Assembly: GCA_965221475.1 (NCBI GenBank)
Contig: OZ244891.1
Span: 2,590,191 to 2,630,190 of the forward strand
DNA from: Alphaproteobacteria bacterium
Lineage (GTDB): Bacteria > Pseudomonadota > Alphaproteobacteria > Bin65
Direction of reading: 5' to 3'
DNA: 40,000 nt
Below, piece by piece: positions 20,110 through 28,915 of this stretch (positions are counted from its first letter, which is position 1; each line of letters starts with the position of its first letter). Made by a program: the position numbers and the translations under genes. The notes beneath the pieces were generated by a model, which saw only the letters and a program-made list of their open reading frames with translations, did not search any database and was not told the DNA's origin.

Positions 20110-20901
20110 ATGTCGAGGCTCAGTTTCAGGGAGGTGTCGCGCCATTTTCCGCCGGTACGGGGCCGGACGGAGGGCGAGGGCGTGCTGGCGGTCGATGATG
20201 TCAGCATCGATATTGCCGATGGCGAGGTCGTCGCCCTGATCGGCCCCAGCGGCTGCGGCAAGAGCACCCTGCTCAACCTCGCCTCCGGCCTCGACCGGCC
20301 CTCGAAGGGCGCCGTCTTCGTCGATGGCGAGCCGGTGAGCGGCCCGAACGAGCATGTCGCCTTCATGCTGCAGAAGGATCTGCTGCTGCCCTGGCGGACG
20401 ATCCGCCGGAATGTCGAATTCGGCCAGGAAATCCGCCGCATGAGCCCGGCGCAGCGGCAGGAGCGGGCGGGCAGATTCCTCCAGCGCTATCATCTCGACG
20501 GCTTCGCCAACCACTATCCGCACGAGCTTTCCGGCGGCATGCGCCAGCGCGCCGCGCTCGCCCGCACCATGATGATGGACCCGGATGTGCTGCTGCTCGA
20601 CGAGCCCTTCTCCGCCCTCGATGCCCAGACCAAGATGGTGCTGCAGCAGGATCTGGCCCAGACGGTGGCCGAGGAAAACAAGACCGCCTTCCTGATCACC
20701 CACGACCTGGTCGAGGCGCTCGCGCTCAGCGACCGGGTCCTGGTGATGTCGCGCCGGCCCGGCCGCATCGTCGAGGAAATCGCCGTCGATATTCCCGGCC
20801 GCGACGACCCGATGCGGCGGCGCCAGAACGAGCGGATCGGCCCGCTCACCGCCCGGCTGATGTCGCTGCTCGATATCGGCACGCCGGGGCAGACGGTCTG
20901 A
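20110..20901 (+). CDS. ABC transporter ATP-binding protein (NitT/TauT nitrate/sulfonate/taurine family-like)
   Basis: Walker A GPSGCGKST, signature LSGGMRQR and Walker B LLLDEPFSALD. 263 aa. Confidence 0.9.
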   Translation: MSRLSFREVSRHFPPVRGRTEGEGVLAVDDVSIDIADGEVVALIGPSGCGKSTLLNLASGLDRPSKGAVFVDGEPVSGPNEHVAFMLQKDLLLPWRTIRRNVEFGQEIRRMSPAQRQERAGRFLQRYHLDGFANHYPHELSGGMRQRAALARTMMMDPDVLLLDEPFSALDAQTKMVLQQDLAQTVAEENKTAFLITHDLVEALALSDRVLVMSRRPGRIVEEIAVDIPGRDDPMRRRQNERIGPLTARLMSLLDIGTPGQTV

Positions 20902-21686
20902 TGCCGGTTCTGCAGCGCCGGGAAATTTCGCTCAGCGCGCTGGCGCTGCTCGTCTTCCTGGCCGGCTGGGAATGGGGGCCGCCGCTGCTCGGCATCGCGC
21001 CCTACAATATCCCGCGCCTGTCCGCCGTGTTCGACGAGGGCGTGCATCTGTGGATCAATGGCGATCTGCTGCACCACACGCTCATCACCTGCTTCGAAGT
21101 CATTGTCGGTTTCACCCTGGGCTGCCTGATGGGCGCGGTCATGGGCTATGCGCTCGGCATGTCGCGCCTGATGGAGGTGGTGGCCTCGCCCTATATCCTG
21201 GCGCTCCAGATCGCGCCCAAGGTGGCGTTCGCGCCGCTGTTCGTCATGTGGTTCGGCTACAACATCACGCCGCGCATCCTCACCGCTATCCTGATCGTCT
21301 TCTTCCCCGTCCTCATCAACGTGCTGACGGCGGTGCGCAGCGTCGATCCTTCGATGATCGATCTGGCCCGCCTGTTCCGGGCGAGCCGGGCGCAGATTTT
21401 CTGGAAGATCGAATTTCCCTGGTCCCTGCCGGCCCTGTTCAGCGGGCTGCGCATCGGCGCGACCCTCGCGGTGATCGGCGTCACGGTCGCCGAGCTGGTC
21501 GGCGGCAGCGTCGGCCTCGGCGCCGAACTGGCCAAGGCGGAGGGCGCGGCCAACACCGCCGGGGTTTTCGTCACCATCATTCTGCTTACGGTGATCGGCA
21601 TCCTGGCGTATGTTCTGGTGATTCTGGCCGAGCGCGCGGTGCTGCGCTATGCGCCGCAGCGGCCGGACGGCAACATCGCCCAATAG
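20901..21686 (+). CDS. ABC transporter permease (NitT/TauT family-like)
   Basis: Six hydrophobic segments and an EAA-like loop (MIDLARLFRASRAQIFWKIEFPWSLPALFSGLRIG). The start overlaps the ATPase stop (TGATG). Confidence 0.88.
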   Translation: MPVLQRREISLSALALLVFLAGWEWGPPLLGIAPYNIPRLSAVFDEGVHLWINGDLLHHTLITCFEVIVGFTLGCLMGAVMGYALGMSRLMEVVASPYILALQIAPKVAFAPLFVMWFGYNITPRILTAILIVFFPVLINVLTAVRSVDPSMIDLARLFRASRAQIFWKIEFPWSLPALFSGLRIGATLAVIGVTVAELVGGSVGLGAELAKAEGAANTAGVFVTIILLTVIGILAYVLVILAERAVLRYAPQRPDGNIAQ

Positions 21687-21714
21687 CGCGGAAACGCTGC
21701 AGAAGGAGAGGAGC

Positions 21715-22254
21715 ATGCCCCCCGATTCCGGCCCCGCAGGCCCTGTCCCCGCCGCGGCGAAATCCGCCGCCGGGCCGCTCGCTGCGCGCATGCAGGGCCG
21801 CATTGCCCGCTATGCCACCCGGACCTACGACTGGGATGCGCTGAAATTCCAGGCCGATTTCGATCCCCGCTACCGGCGTGCCCAGATGCGCTATGTCGGC
21901 ACCGGCGGCACCGGCGTGGCCGGCGACGCGAACACGGTCCCGTCGGAACATTTCACCTTCTCGACCATGGTGCTGCCGCCGGGCTGCGAAGGCCCGCTGC
22001 ATGTCCATGACGATGTCGAGGAAGTGTTCTTCATGCTGCGCGGCCGGGTGCGCCTGTTCTTCGAGGATGGCGGCGAGCGCTGGGAAACCGAGCTGGGCGA
22101 GCGCGATCTGATCTCCGTACCGCCGGGCGTCTATCGCGGCCTGGTGAATGCGTGGGACGAGGAGGCGCTGATGTGCGTTATGCTGGGTGCCGCAAAGCCG
22201 CAGACGCCGACCTATCCGCCCGATCATCCGCTGGCGTCGGTCCGGCGCGGCTGA
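21715..22254 (+). CDS. cupin domain protein (possible metal-dependent dioxygenase/decarboxylase)
   Basis: Cupin motif 1, GCEGPLHVHDDVEEVFFMLRG (HxHx3E), and motif 2, VPPGVYRGLVN. AAGGAGAGGAG lies just upstream of ATG 21715, which is in frame within track ORF 21649..22254. Confidence 0.75.
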   Translation: MPPDSGPAGPVPAAAKSAAGPLAARMQGRIARYATRTYDWDALKFQADFDPRYRRAQMRYVGTGGTGVAGDANTVPSEHFTFSTMVLPPGCEGPLHVHDDVEEVFFMLRGRVRLFFEDGGERWETELGERDLISVPPGVYRGLVNAWDEEALMCVMLGAAKPQTPTYPPDHPLASVRRG

Positions 22255-22291
22255 CCGCCGGCGGCGCCGTTCGCCAGGGAGAGTGAAGATC

Positions 22292-23305
22292 ATGGCAGGC
22301 AATGCGGAGACCGCCGCTCTTCTCGAAGCCGGGCTGCCCGACCGGTGGTATGCCCTGCTGCCGGCCGCCTGGGTCGGCGACGCGCCGGTCGGCATCGTCC
22401 GGCTGGGCCGCCGGCTTGTCCTGTGGCGCGACGGGGCCGGCGCCGTCCATGTCCAGGCCGACCGCTGCCCGCACCGGGGCGCCCGGCTGAGCCAGGGCCA
22501 TGTCATCGACGGTCTGCTGACCTGCACCTATCACGGCATGCAGTTCGACGGCGAGGGTACGGTCGCCCGCGTCCCGGCCTATCCGGGCTGCAAGCTCGAA
22601 GGCATGCAGGGCGTCCGCAGCTGGCCGGCGGTGGAGAAGGCCGGCTGCATCTTCGCCTGGCTGGGCGAGGGGGCGCCGGCGCCGCTCGCCTTCCCCGAGG
22701 AATTCGACGATCCGGCCTGGTCGCATTTCCTGTGCAGCGCGACCTGGAAGGGCAGCTATCTGCACGCGCTCGACAATCTCGTCGACCCGATGCACGGCTC
22801 CTACCTCCATGCGAACAGCTACACGCTGGCCTACGGCTCGCTCGAGGATGTGATGGAGGTCGTGGGGACGGAGGACGGCTTCACCGTCCGGCGCACGCAG
22901 CAGGTCGGCCGCAATTTCGACTGGACGGAATTTCACGCCACCGGCGCGGACTGGGTGCGGCTCGATCTGCCCTATCCGCCAGGCGCCGGGCCGGGCGGCA
23001 TGTTCCGCATCCTGGGCTATGTCACGCCGGTCGATGCCGGCGCCTGCCAGGTCTTCTTCTGGCGCCTGCGCAAGATCGATGGCTGGCAGCGCGACCTCTG
23101 GCGCTTCATGTACAAGAGCCGGCTGGAGGAGCGGCACTGGCACGTTCTGGAGCAGGACCGGGTGGTGATCGAGGATATGGAACAGCCGGAAGCCGAAATG
23201 CTCTATCAGCACGATATCGGCGTCACCCATCTGCGCCGCCTGCTGCACAGGCGGGCGCGCGACCATCTGAAGAGCCGGGACGCGGCGCAGCTTGCCGCCG
23301 AATAG
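22292..23305 (+). CDS. Rieske [2Fe-2S] non-haem-iron oxygenase, alpha-subunit-only (phthalate/VanA/KshA-like) type
   Basis: Rieske ligands CPHRG...CTYHGMQF and mononuclear iron motif DNLVDPMHGSYLH. ATG 22292 is in frame within track ORF 22187..23305. Confidence 0.85.
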   Translation: MAGNAETAALLEAGLPDRWYALLPAAWVGDAPVGIVRLGRRLVLWRDGAGAVHVQADRCPHRGARLSQGHVIDGLLTCTYHGMQFDGEGTVARVPAYPGCKLEGMQGVRSWPAVEKAGCIFAWLGEGAPAPLAFPEEFDDPAWSHFLCSATWKGSYLHALDNLVDPMHGSYLHANSYTLAYGSLEDVMEVVGTEDGFTVRRTQQVGRNFDWTEFHATGADWVRLDLPYPPGAGPGGMFRILGYVTPVDAGACQVFFWRLRKIDGWQRDLWRFMYKSRLEERHWHVLEQDRVVIEDMEQPEAEMLYQHDIGVTHLRRLLHRRARDHLKSRDAAQLAAE

Positions 23306-23323
23306 CCGCATGCCGGCCGTCTG

Positions 23324-24085
23324 ATGGGTCTGCTCGAAGGCAAGATCGTTCTGGTCACCGGCGCCGGCCGCGGCCTCGGCCGGGCCTTTGCCGAGGCCGC
23401 GGCGGCGGAAGGCGCAGCGACGGTCGCAATCGCCGAACTGGTCGAGGATCTGGGGCGCGAAACCGCGGCGGCGCTCGCGGCGCAGGGCGTCGATGCGCCC
23501 TTCATGCCGGTCGATCTGGGCGATCCGGACAGCGTCGCCGCGCTGGGGCGCACCATGGCCGGCCGCTATGGGCGGCTCGACGGGCTGGTCAACAATGGCG
23601 CGATTGCCACCGGGATCGGCGGCCGGACCTTCGAGGAGATCGATGTCGCGACCTGGGACCGGGTCATGGCGGTCAATGTCCGCGGCACCTGGCTGGCGGT
23701 GAAGGCGCTCGCACCCCTGCTGCGCGCCGCCGCGGGCGGGGCGCGCATCGTCAATATCGCGTCCGACACCGCGCTGTGGGGCGCGCCGCGGCTGCTGCAC
23801 TACGTTTCGGGCAAGGGCGCGGTGATCGCGATGACGCGCTCGCTGGCGCGCGAACTGGGCCCCGACGATATCGCCGTCAACGCGGTCGCGCCCGGCCTCA
23901 CCCTGGTCGAGGCGACCGAATATGTGCCCCAGGCGCGCAAGGACCATTATGTTGCCGGCCGCGCCATGCCGCGGGCGCAGGTTCCGGCCGATGTCGTCGG
24001 CGCGGTGATGTATCTTCTGTCCGAAGGCGCTGCCTTCGTCACCGGGCAGGTGCTGCCCGTCAATGGGGGGTTCGTGTTCAATTGA
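23324..24085 (+). CDS. classical short-chain dehydrogenase/reductase
   Basis: TGAGRGLG cofactor motif, NNGA, and catalytic S...YVSGK (YxxxK). Confidence 0.88.
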   Translation: MGLLEGKIVLVTGAGRGLGRAFAEAAAAEGAATVAIAELVEDLGRETAAALAAQGVDAPFMPVDLGDPDSVAALGRTMAGRYGRLDGLVNNGAIATGIGGRTFEEIDVATWDRVMAVNVRGTWLAVKALAPLLRAAAGGARIVNIASDTALWGAPRLLHYVSGKGAVIAMTRSLARELGPDDIAVNAVAPGLTLVEATEYVPQARKDHYVAGRAMPRAQVPADVVGAVMYLLSEGAAFVTGQVLPVNGGFVFN

Positions 24086-24924
24086 CCGTGCCGGTTCCCG
24101 ATATCGAAATCGTCTCGCCGGTCGGGCCCGACGGCGGCAGCCGGCAGGTCGAAATCCGCCAGGCCGGGGCGGGGCCGGTCCTGTTCCTGCTCCACGGCAT
24201 CGGTTCGGCGTCGCGCGGCTGGGTTCATCAGTTCCCGGCCTTCGCCGATCGCTACCGGACCATCGCCTGGGCCGCGCCCGGCTATGGCCTCTCGACCGAT
24301 CTTGCCGGCGATGCGCCGGTGGCGCGCGATTATGCGCTGGTCCTGCGCGACCTGTTCGATGCGCTCGGCATCGGCCGCGCCCTGCTGTGCGGCAATTCCC
24401 TGGGCGCGCTGTTCGCCGCCGCCTTCGCCAATATCGCGCCGGACCGGGTCGCCGGCCTGTTCCTGTCCGACGCCGCCCAGGGCCATGGCCGCCTGCCCGA
24501 AGCGGAGCGGGAGGCCCGGCTGCAGGCGCGGCTCGAACCGCTGGAGCGGCTGGGCGTCGAGCGGATGGCCCAGGCGCGTGCCGGCAATCTGCTGGCGCCG
24601 GGCGCGCCGGAGGCGCTGCGCCAGGCCGTCGCCGGGATCACGGCGGAAATCCGGCCGGTCGGCTACCGGCGGGCGGCCCATGCCCTGTCGCGCGGCGATC
24701 TGATGGCCGAGATGGCCGGCTATGACGGGCCGGTCGCCGTCGTCTGCGGCACGGAGGACCGGGTGACGCCGCCGGAGAGCAACCGGGAGATCGCCGCCAG
24801 CCGGCCCCAGGCCGGCTTCACGCCGATCCCCGACGCCGGCCATCTGCCCTATATCGAGGCGCCGGAAGCGTTCAACCGCCTGCTTGCCCGCTTCGCCGAT
24901 GCAGTGACGGGAGCGGACCGGTGA
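24082..24924 (+). CDS. alpha/beta hydrolase (Ser nucleophile; meta-cleavage-product hydrolase-like)
   Basis: HGIGSAS oxyanion region, GNSLGA nucleophile elbow, and C-terminal DAGHLPYIEAPE. It corresponds to the last roughly 280 codons of track ORF 22345..24924. The start TTG 24082 (or GTG 24088) overlaps the SDR stop and is uncertain. Confidence 0.75.
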   Translation: MTVPVPDIEIVSPVGPDGGSRQVEIRQAGAGPVLFLLHGIGSASRGWVHQFPAFADRYRTIAWAAPGYGLSTDLAGDAPVARDYALVLRDLFDALGIGRALLCGNSLGALFAAAFANIAPDRVAGLFLSDAAQGHGRLPEAEREARLQARLEPLERLGVERMAQARAGNLLAPGAPEALRQAVAGITAEIRPVGYRRAAHALSRGDLMAEMAGYDGPVAVVCGTEDRVTPPESNREIAASRPQAGFTPIPDAGHLPYIEAPEAFNRLLARFADAVTGADR

Positions 24925-25715
24925 ATCTCGGCCTTGCCGGCCGGCGCGCGCTGGTGACCGGAGGCTCTTCGGGCATCGGGCTGGCCGCCGTGCGCCTGCT
25001 GCTCGAGGACGGGGGGCAGGTCGCCCTGTGCGGCCGCAGCGAAGACCGGCTGGCGCACGCGGCGGCGCCGCTGCAGGAACGGTTCGGCGGCGATGCCGTC
25101 CTGCCGGTGGTCTGCGACGTGCGCGAGGCGGCGGCCGTCGCCGCGATGCAGGACCGGGTGCTCGACCGCTTCGGCGGGCTGGATATTCTGGTCGCCAATG
25201 CCGGGCAGGGCCGGATCGGCACCTTCGCCGATACCGGCGACGAGGCATGGCGCGACGAGTTCGAGCTGAAATTCTTTTCCGTCATCCGGCCGACCCGCGC
25301 CTTCCTGCCGGCGCTGCGCGCCAGTACGGCGGGCAGCATCGTCGTGGTCAATTCCCTGCTCGCGCGTCAGCCGGAGCCGCACATGGTGTGCACCGCCGCC
25401 CTGCGGGCCGGCGTGCAGAATCTGGTCAAGTCCATGAGTATCGAGTTCGCGCCCGACCGTGTGCGCGTCAACGCCATCCTGCTCGGCCTGGTCGATTCCG
25501 GCCAGTGGCAGCGGCGCTACGAGGCGCGGGACGACCGGCAGCAGAGCCGGGAGGACTGGATGGCGGCGCTGGCGGCGGAGAAGAAGATTCCGCTCGGCCG
25601 GCTGGGCGCGCCGGAGGAGGCCGCCTCGGCCGTGGTCTGGCTGGCCTCGCCCTCCGCCTCCTTCGTCACCGGCGCGTCGCTCGAAGTGTCCGGCGGGGTT
25701 TCGCGCTTTGCCTGA
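24921..25715 (+). CDS. SDR-fold oxidoreductase lacking the canonical YxxxK
   Basis: VTGGSSGIGLA cofactor motif and NAG. Thirteen residues after the catalytic-Ser position (VVNS) the sequence reads T-A-A-L-R instead of Y-x-x-x-K. The GTG start overlaps the upstream stop (GTGA). Confidence 0.8.
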   Translation: MNLGLAGRRALVTGGSSGIGLAAVRLLLEDGGQVALCGRSEDRLAHAAAPLQERFGGDAVLPVVCDVREAAAVAAMQDRVLDRFGGLDILVANAGQGRIGTFADTGDEAWRDEFELKFFSVIRPTRAFLPALRASTAGSIVVVNSLLARQPEPHMVCTAALRAGVQNLVKSMSIEFAPDRVRVNAILLGLVDSGQWQRRYEARDDRQQSREDWMAALAAEKKIPLGRLGAPEEAASAVVWLASPSASFVTGASLEVSGGVSRFA

Positions 25716-27375
25716 GGGGCGGGCGACGGTCGGCGATCTGGTCGCCGCCTTTCTCGATGCCTGCGGCGTGTCGACGTCGTTCGGCGTTATCTCGATCCAC
25801 AATATGCCGATCCTCGATGCGTTCGCCCGCGCCGGGCGGATGCGCTTCGTGCCGGCGCGCGGCGAGGCCGGCGCGCTCGCCATGGCAGACGCCTTCGCCC
25901 GGGTGACGGGCGGGCTTGGCGTCGGCGTCACCTCAACCGGGGTCGCGGCCGGCAACGCCGTCGGCAGCCTGGTGGAGGCGCGCACCGCCGGATCGCCGGT
26001 CCTGCATCTCACCGGCCAGATCGAGCGCGCCTGGCTCGACCGGGGCTGGGGCTATATTCACGAAGCGCCCGACCAGCCGACCATGCTGAAGGGCGTCTCG
26101 AAGGCATATTTCCGCATCGGCGCGCCGGAGGAGGCGCTGGCGGTGCTGACCCGGGCCGTCCGGGCGGCGCTGACGCCGCCGGCCGGGCCGGTCAGCGTCG
26201 AGATTCCCATCGACGTTCAGGCGGCGCCGGCCGCCATGCCCGATGCACTCGCCCCGCCCCGCATCCGGCGCATACCGCCGTCGAACGCCGATCTCGATGC
26301 CCTCGCCGATGCGCTGGCGGCCGCCCGCCGGCCGATCCTGTGGCTGGGCGGTGGCGCGCGCGGCGCGGATTCGGCGGCGCTGCGCCTCGCCGATATGGGC
26401 GTCGGCATCGTGACCAGCACGAACGGCCGCGGCGTCGTCCCGGAGAACCACCCGATGACCCTCGGCGCCTTCAATGCCGCGCCGCCGGTCGAGGAATTCT
26501 ACGGAACCTGCGACCTGATGGTCGTGGCCGGCTCGCGCCTGCGCGGCAACGAAACGCTGAAATGGCGCCTCGGCCTGCCGGCACAGCGCCTGCGCATCGA
26601 TTGCGACCCGGCGATGGACGGCCGCGGCTATGACTGCGCCCGCTTCGTCCGGGGCGATGCGGTGGCGGCGCTGGGTGGGCTGGCCGACCGGCTGACCGGC
26701 CGGCTGCGCACCGATCCGGCCTTCGCGGACGACCTCGCCGCCGCGCGCGCCGCCGCAGAGGCCGGCCTGCGCGCCAGCCTCGGCGAACGCTGGACCGAAA
26801 TCATGGAGACGGTGGCGGCGCGCCTGCCGGCCGGGTCGCCCTGGGTCCGCGATATCACCCTGTCGAACAGCATCTGGGGCAACCGGGCGGTGCCGCTGAC
26901 CGGCTCGCGCCAGGGCGTCCATTCCCTCGGCGGCGCCATCGGCCAGGGGCTGCCGATGGGAATCGGCGCCGCGCTGGCCGCGCCCGGCCGCCGCACGGTC
27001 GCGCTCGCCGGCGATGGCGGCTTCGCCCTCAGCCTCGGCGAGCTGGCGACGGCGGCGCAGGAGCGGGCGCCGCTCACCGTGCTGCTCATGAACGACAGGG
27101 GCTATGGCGTCATCCGCAACATTCAGGATGCGCACTATGGCGGCCGGCGGCATTATGCCGATCTGCTGACGCCGGATTTCGCTGCGCTGTGCGCCAGCAT
27201 GAGGGTGTGGCACCGCCAGGTCTGGAACGTTGCAAGTTTCCGCGAGGTGCTGGCGGCGGCGCTCGTCGGCGAGGGCCCGGCCGTGCTGGAGGTCGATATG
27301 AACGCCATCGGCCCGTTTGCCCGCCCCTTCGCCGGCCCGCCGGTGCGCGAGCCGAAGGCCGGCGGGCCGTCATGA
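25708..27375 (+). CDS. thiamine-diphosphate-dependent enzyme (acetolactate synthase / benzoylformate decarboxylase superfamily)
   Basis: N-terminal PYR domain (GEAGALAMADAFARVTGGLGVGVTSTGVAAGNAVGSL) and TPP motif GDGGF...LLMNDRGYG. It is in frame within track ORF 25459..27375. TTG 25708 is the first plausible start, so the start is uncertain. Confidence 0.8.
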   Translation: MPEGRATVGDLVAAFLDACGVSTSFGVISIHNMPILDAFARAGRMRFVPARGEAGALAMADAFARVTGGLGVGVTSTGVAAGNAVGSLVEARTAGSPVLHLTGQIERAWLDRGWGYIHEAPDQPTMLKGVSKAYFRIGAPEEALAVLTRAVRAALTPPAGPVSVEIPIDVQAAPAAMPDALAPPRIRRIPPSNADLDALADALAAARRPILWLGGGARGADSAALRLADMGVGIVTSTNGRGVVPENHPMTLGAFNAAPPVEEFYGTCDLMVVAGSRLRGNETLKWRLGLPAQRLRIDCDPAMDGRGYDCARFVRGDAVAALGGLADRLTGRLRTDPAFADDLAAARAAAEAGLRASLGERWTEIMETVAARLPAGSPWVRDITLSNSIWGNRAVPLTGSRQGVHSLGGAIGQGLPMGIGAALAAPGRRTVALAGDGGFALSLGELATAAQERAPLTVLLMNDRGYGVIRNIQDAHYGGRRHYADLLTPDFAALCASMRVWHRQVWNVASFREVLAAALVGEGPAVLEVDMNAIGPFARPFAGPPVREPKAGGPS

Positions 27376-28196
27376 GCGCCGGCCGGCACGGTTCGGCCGG
27401 CACGACCGTCGCCTTGGTCGGTTATGGGGCGATCGGGCGTTATACGGTCGGGGCGCTGGCCGGGGACGAGCGCTGCCGGATCGGCGCCGTCATCGTCCGG
27501 CCGGGCCGGGTGGCGGCGACGCAGGCGGCGCTCGGCCCGGCGGTCCGGGTCTGCGACAATATCGAATCGCTGCCGGAGCCGCCGGATCTGATCGTCGAGG
27601 CGGCCGGCCACGGCGCGCTGGTCGAGCACGGCATTCCGGCCCTGCGCGCTGGCCATCGCCTGCTCGTCGTCTCGGTTGGCGCGCTGGCCGACCCGGCGCT
27701 GCGCACCGCGCTGGAGGAGGCGGCGCAGACCGGCGGCGGCATCGCCGAAATCGTGCCCGGCGCGGTCGGCGGGATCGATGCGCTGGCGGCGGCCCGGCAG
27801 GGCGGGCTGACCGGCGTCTCCTACACGTCGCGCAAGCCGCCGGCGGCCTGGAAGGGGACGCCGGGCGAGGACCTGTGCGATCTCGACCGGCTCGACACGC
27901 CCTTCACCCTCTATGAAGGCCCGGCCGATCGGGCTGCCCTGGCCTGGCCGAAGAACGCCAATGTGGCGGCGACGGTGGCGCTGGCCGGCGTCGGCTTCGA
28001 CCGGACTTCGGTGCGCATCGTCGCCGACCCGGCCGCACCCGGCAACGTTCACGAAATCGAGGCCGTCGGCGCGTTTGGCCGGATGGCGCTGCGCCTGGAG
28101 GGCCGGCCGCTGCCGGACAATCCCAAAACCTCGAGCCTGACGGCCTTTTCGGTCCTCCGTGCGATCCGCAACCGGGCGGCGGCGATCCGGATATGA
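27372..28196 (+). CDS. aspartate dehydrogenase-fold (NadX/DUF108 family) NAD(P) oxidoreductase
   Basis: Rossmann N-terminus VALVGYGAIGR and the C-terminal domain pattern ...YEGPADRAALAWPKNANVAATVALAG...NVHEIEAVGAFG...DNPKTSSLTA. ATG 27372 overlaps the TPP-enzyme stop (ATGA). Confidence 0.75.
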   Translation: MSAGRHGSAGTTVALVGYGAIGRYTVGALAGDERCRIGAVIVRPGRVAATQAALGPAVRVCDNIESLPEPPDLIVEAAGHGALVEHGIPALRAGHRLLVVSVGALADPALRTALEEAAQTGGGIAEIVPGAVGGIDALAAARQGGLTGVSYTSRKPPAAWKGTPGEDLCDLDRLDTPFTLYEGPADRAALAWPKNANVAATVALAGVGFDRTSVRIVADPAAPGNVHEIEAVGAFGRMALRLEGRPLPDNPKTSSLTAFSVLRAIRNRAAAIRI

Positions 28197-28915
28197 AGGG
28201 CACCGCCGACTTCCCGCTGCTGACCCGCGAGACGATCCGCAGCGGGGCGCTGCAGGCCTATGTCCGGGCGAGCGGCGCCGCGGTGCCGATGCTCTCGGAC
28301 GACGAGCTGAGGGAATCGTGGACGCGCATCCTGGCCGGCCATCCCGATCCCGGCGGCGATGTCTGGATTTTCGGCTACGGTTCGCTGATCTGGAATCCGG
28401 CCTTCCACCATGTCGAGCGGCGCATCGCCCGGCTGCATGGCTATCATCGCCGCTTCTGCCTGTGGAGCCATCTGGGCCGCGGCAGCGCCGAGCGGCCCGG
28501 CCTGATGCTGGGGCTGGAGCGCGGCGGTTCCTGCTTCGGCATGGCCTTCCGCATCGCCGCCGCGGCGGTGGCCGACGAGCTCGAGATCGTCTGGCGGCGC
28601 GAAATGTTCGGCGGCGCCTACCGGCCGCGCTGGGTCCGCCTGCACACCGGCGCCGGGCCGGTCGCTGCCGTGACCTTCCCCATCGAGCCGGAGCACCCGC
28701 GCTATGCCGGCCGGCAGCCGGAAGCCGCGGTGGTCGCGGCGCTCGCCCATGCCGAAGGGCCGCTCGGCACGGCGCGCTCCTATCTCGACAATACGGTCGA
28801 TCATCTCGAAGCCCATGGCATCCGCGACCGGTCGCTCTCCCGTCTGCGCCGGCTGGTGGCCGAGGCGGCAGCGGGCGCGGCGGGTGGACGGCAAAACCCA
28901 GGAGAAGCAGCATGA
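28193..28915 (+). CDS. ChaC-type gamma-glutamylcyclotransferase family protein
   Basis: WIFGYGSLIWNP (YGSL motif) followed by the ChaC-like core LMLGLERGGSCFGMAF...REM. ATGA overlaps at both ends. Confidence 0.8.
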   Translation: MKGTADFPLLTRETIRSGALQAYVRASGAAVPMLSDDELRESWTRILAGHPDPGGDVWIFGYGSLIWNPAFHHVERRIARLHGYHRRFCLWSHLGRGSAERPGLMLGLERGGSCFGMAFRIAAAAVADELEIVWRREMFGGAYRPRWVRLHTGAGPVAAVTFPIEPEHPRYAGRQPEAAVVAALAHAEGPLGTARSYLDNTVDHLEAHGIRDRSLSRLRRLVAEAAAGAAGGRQNPGEAA

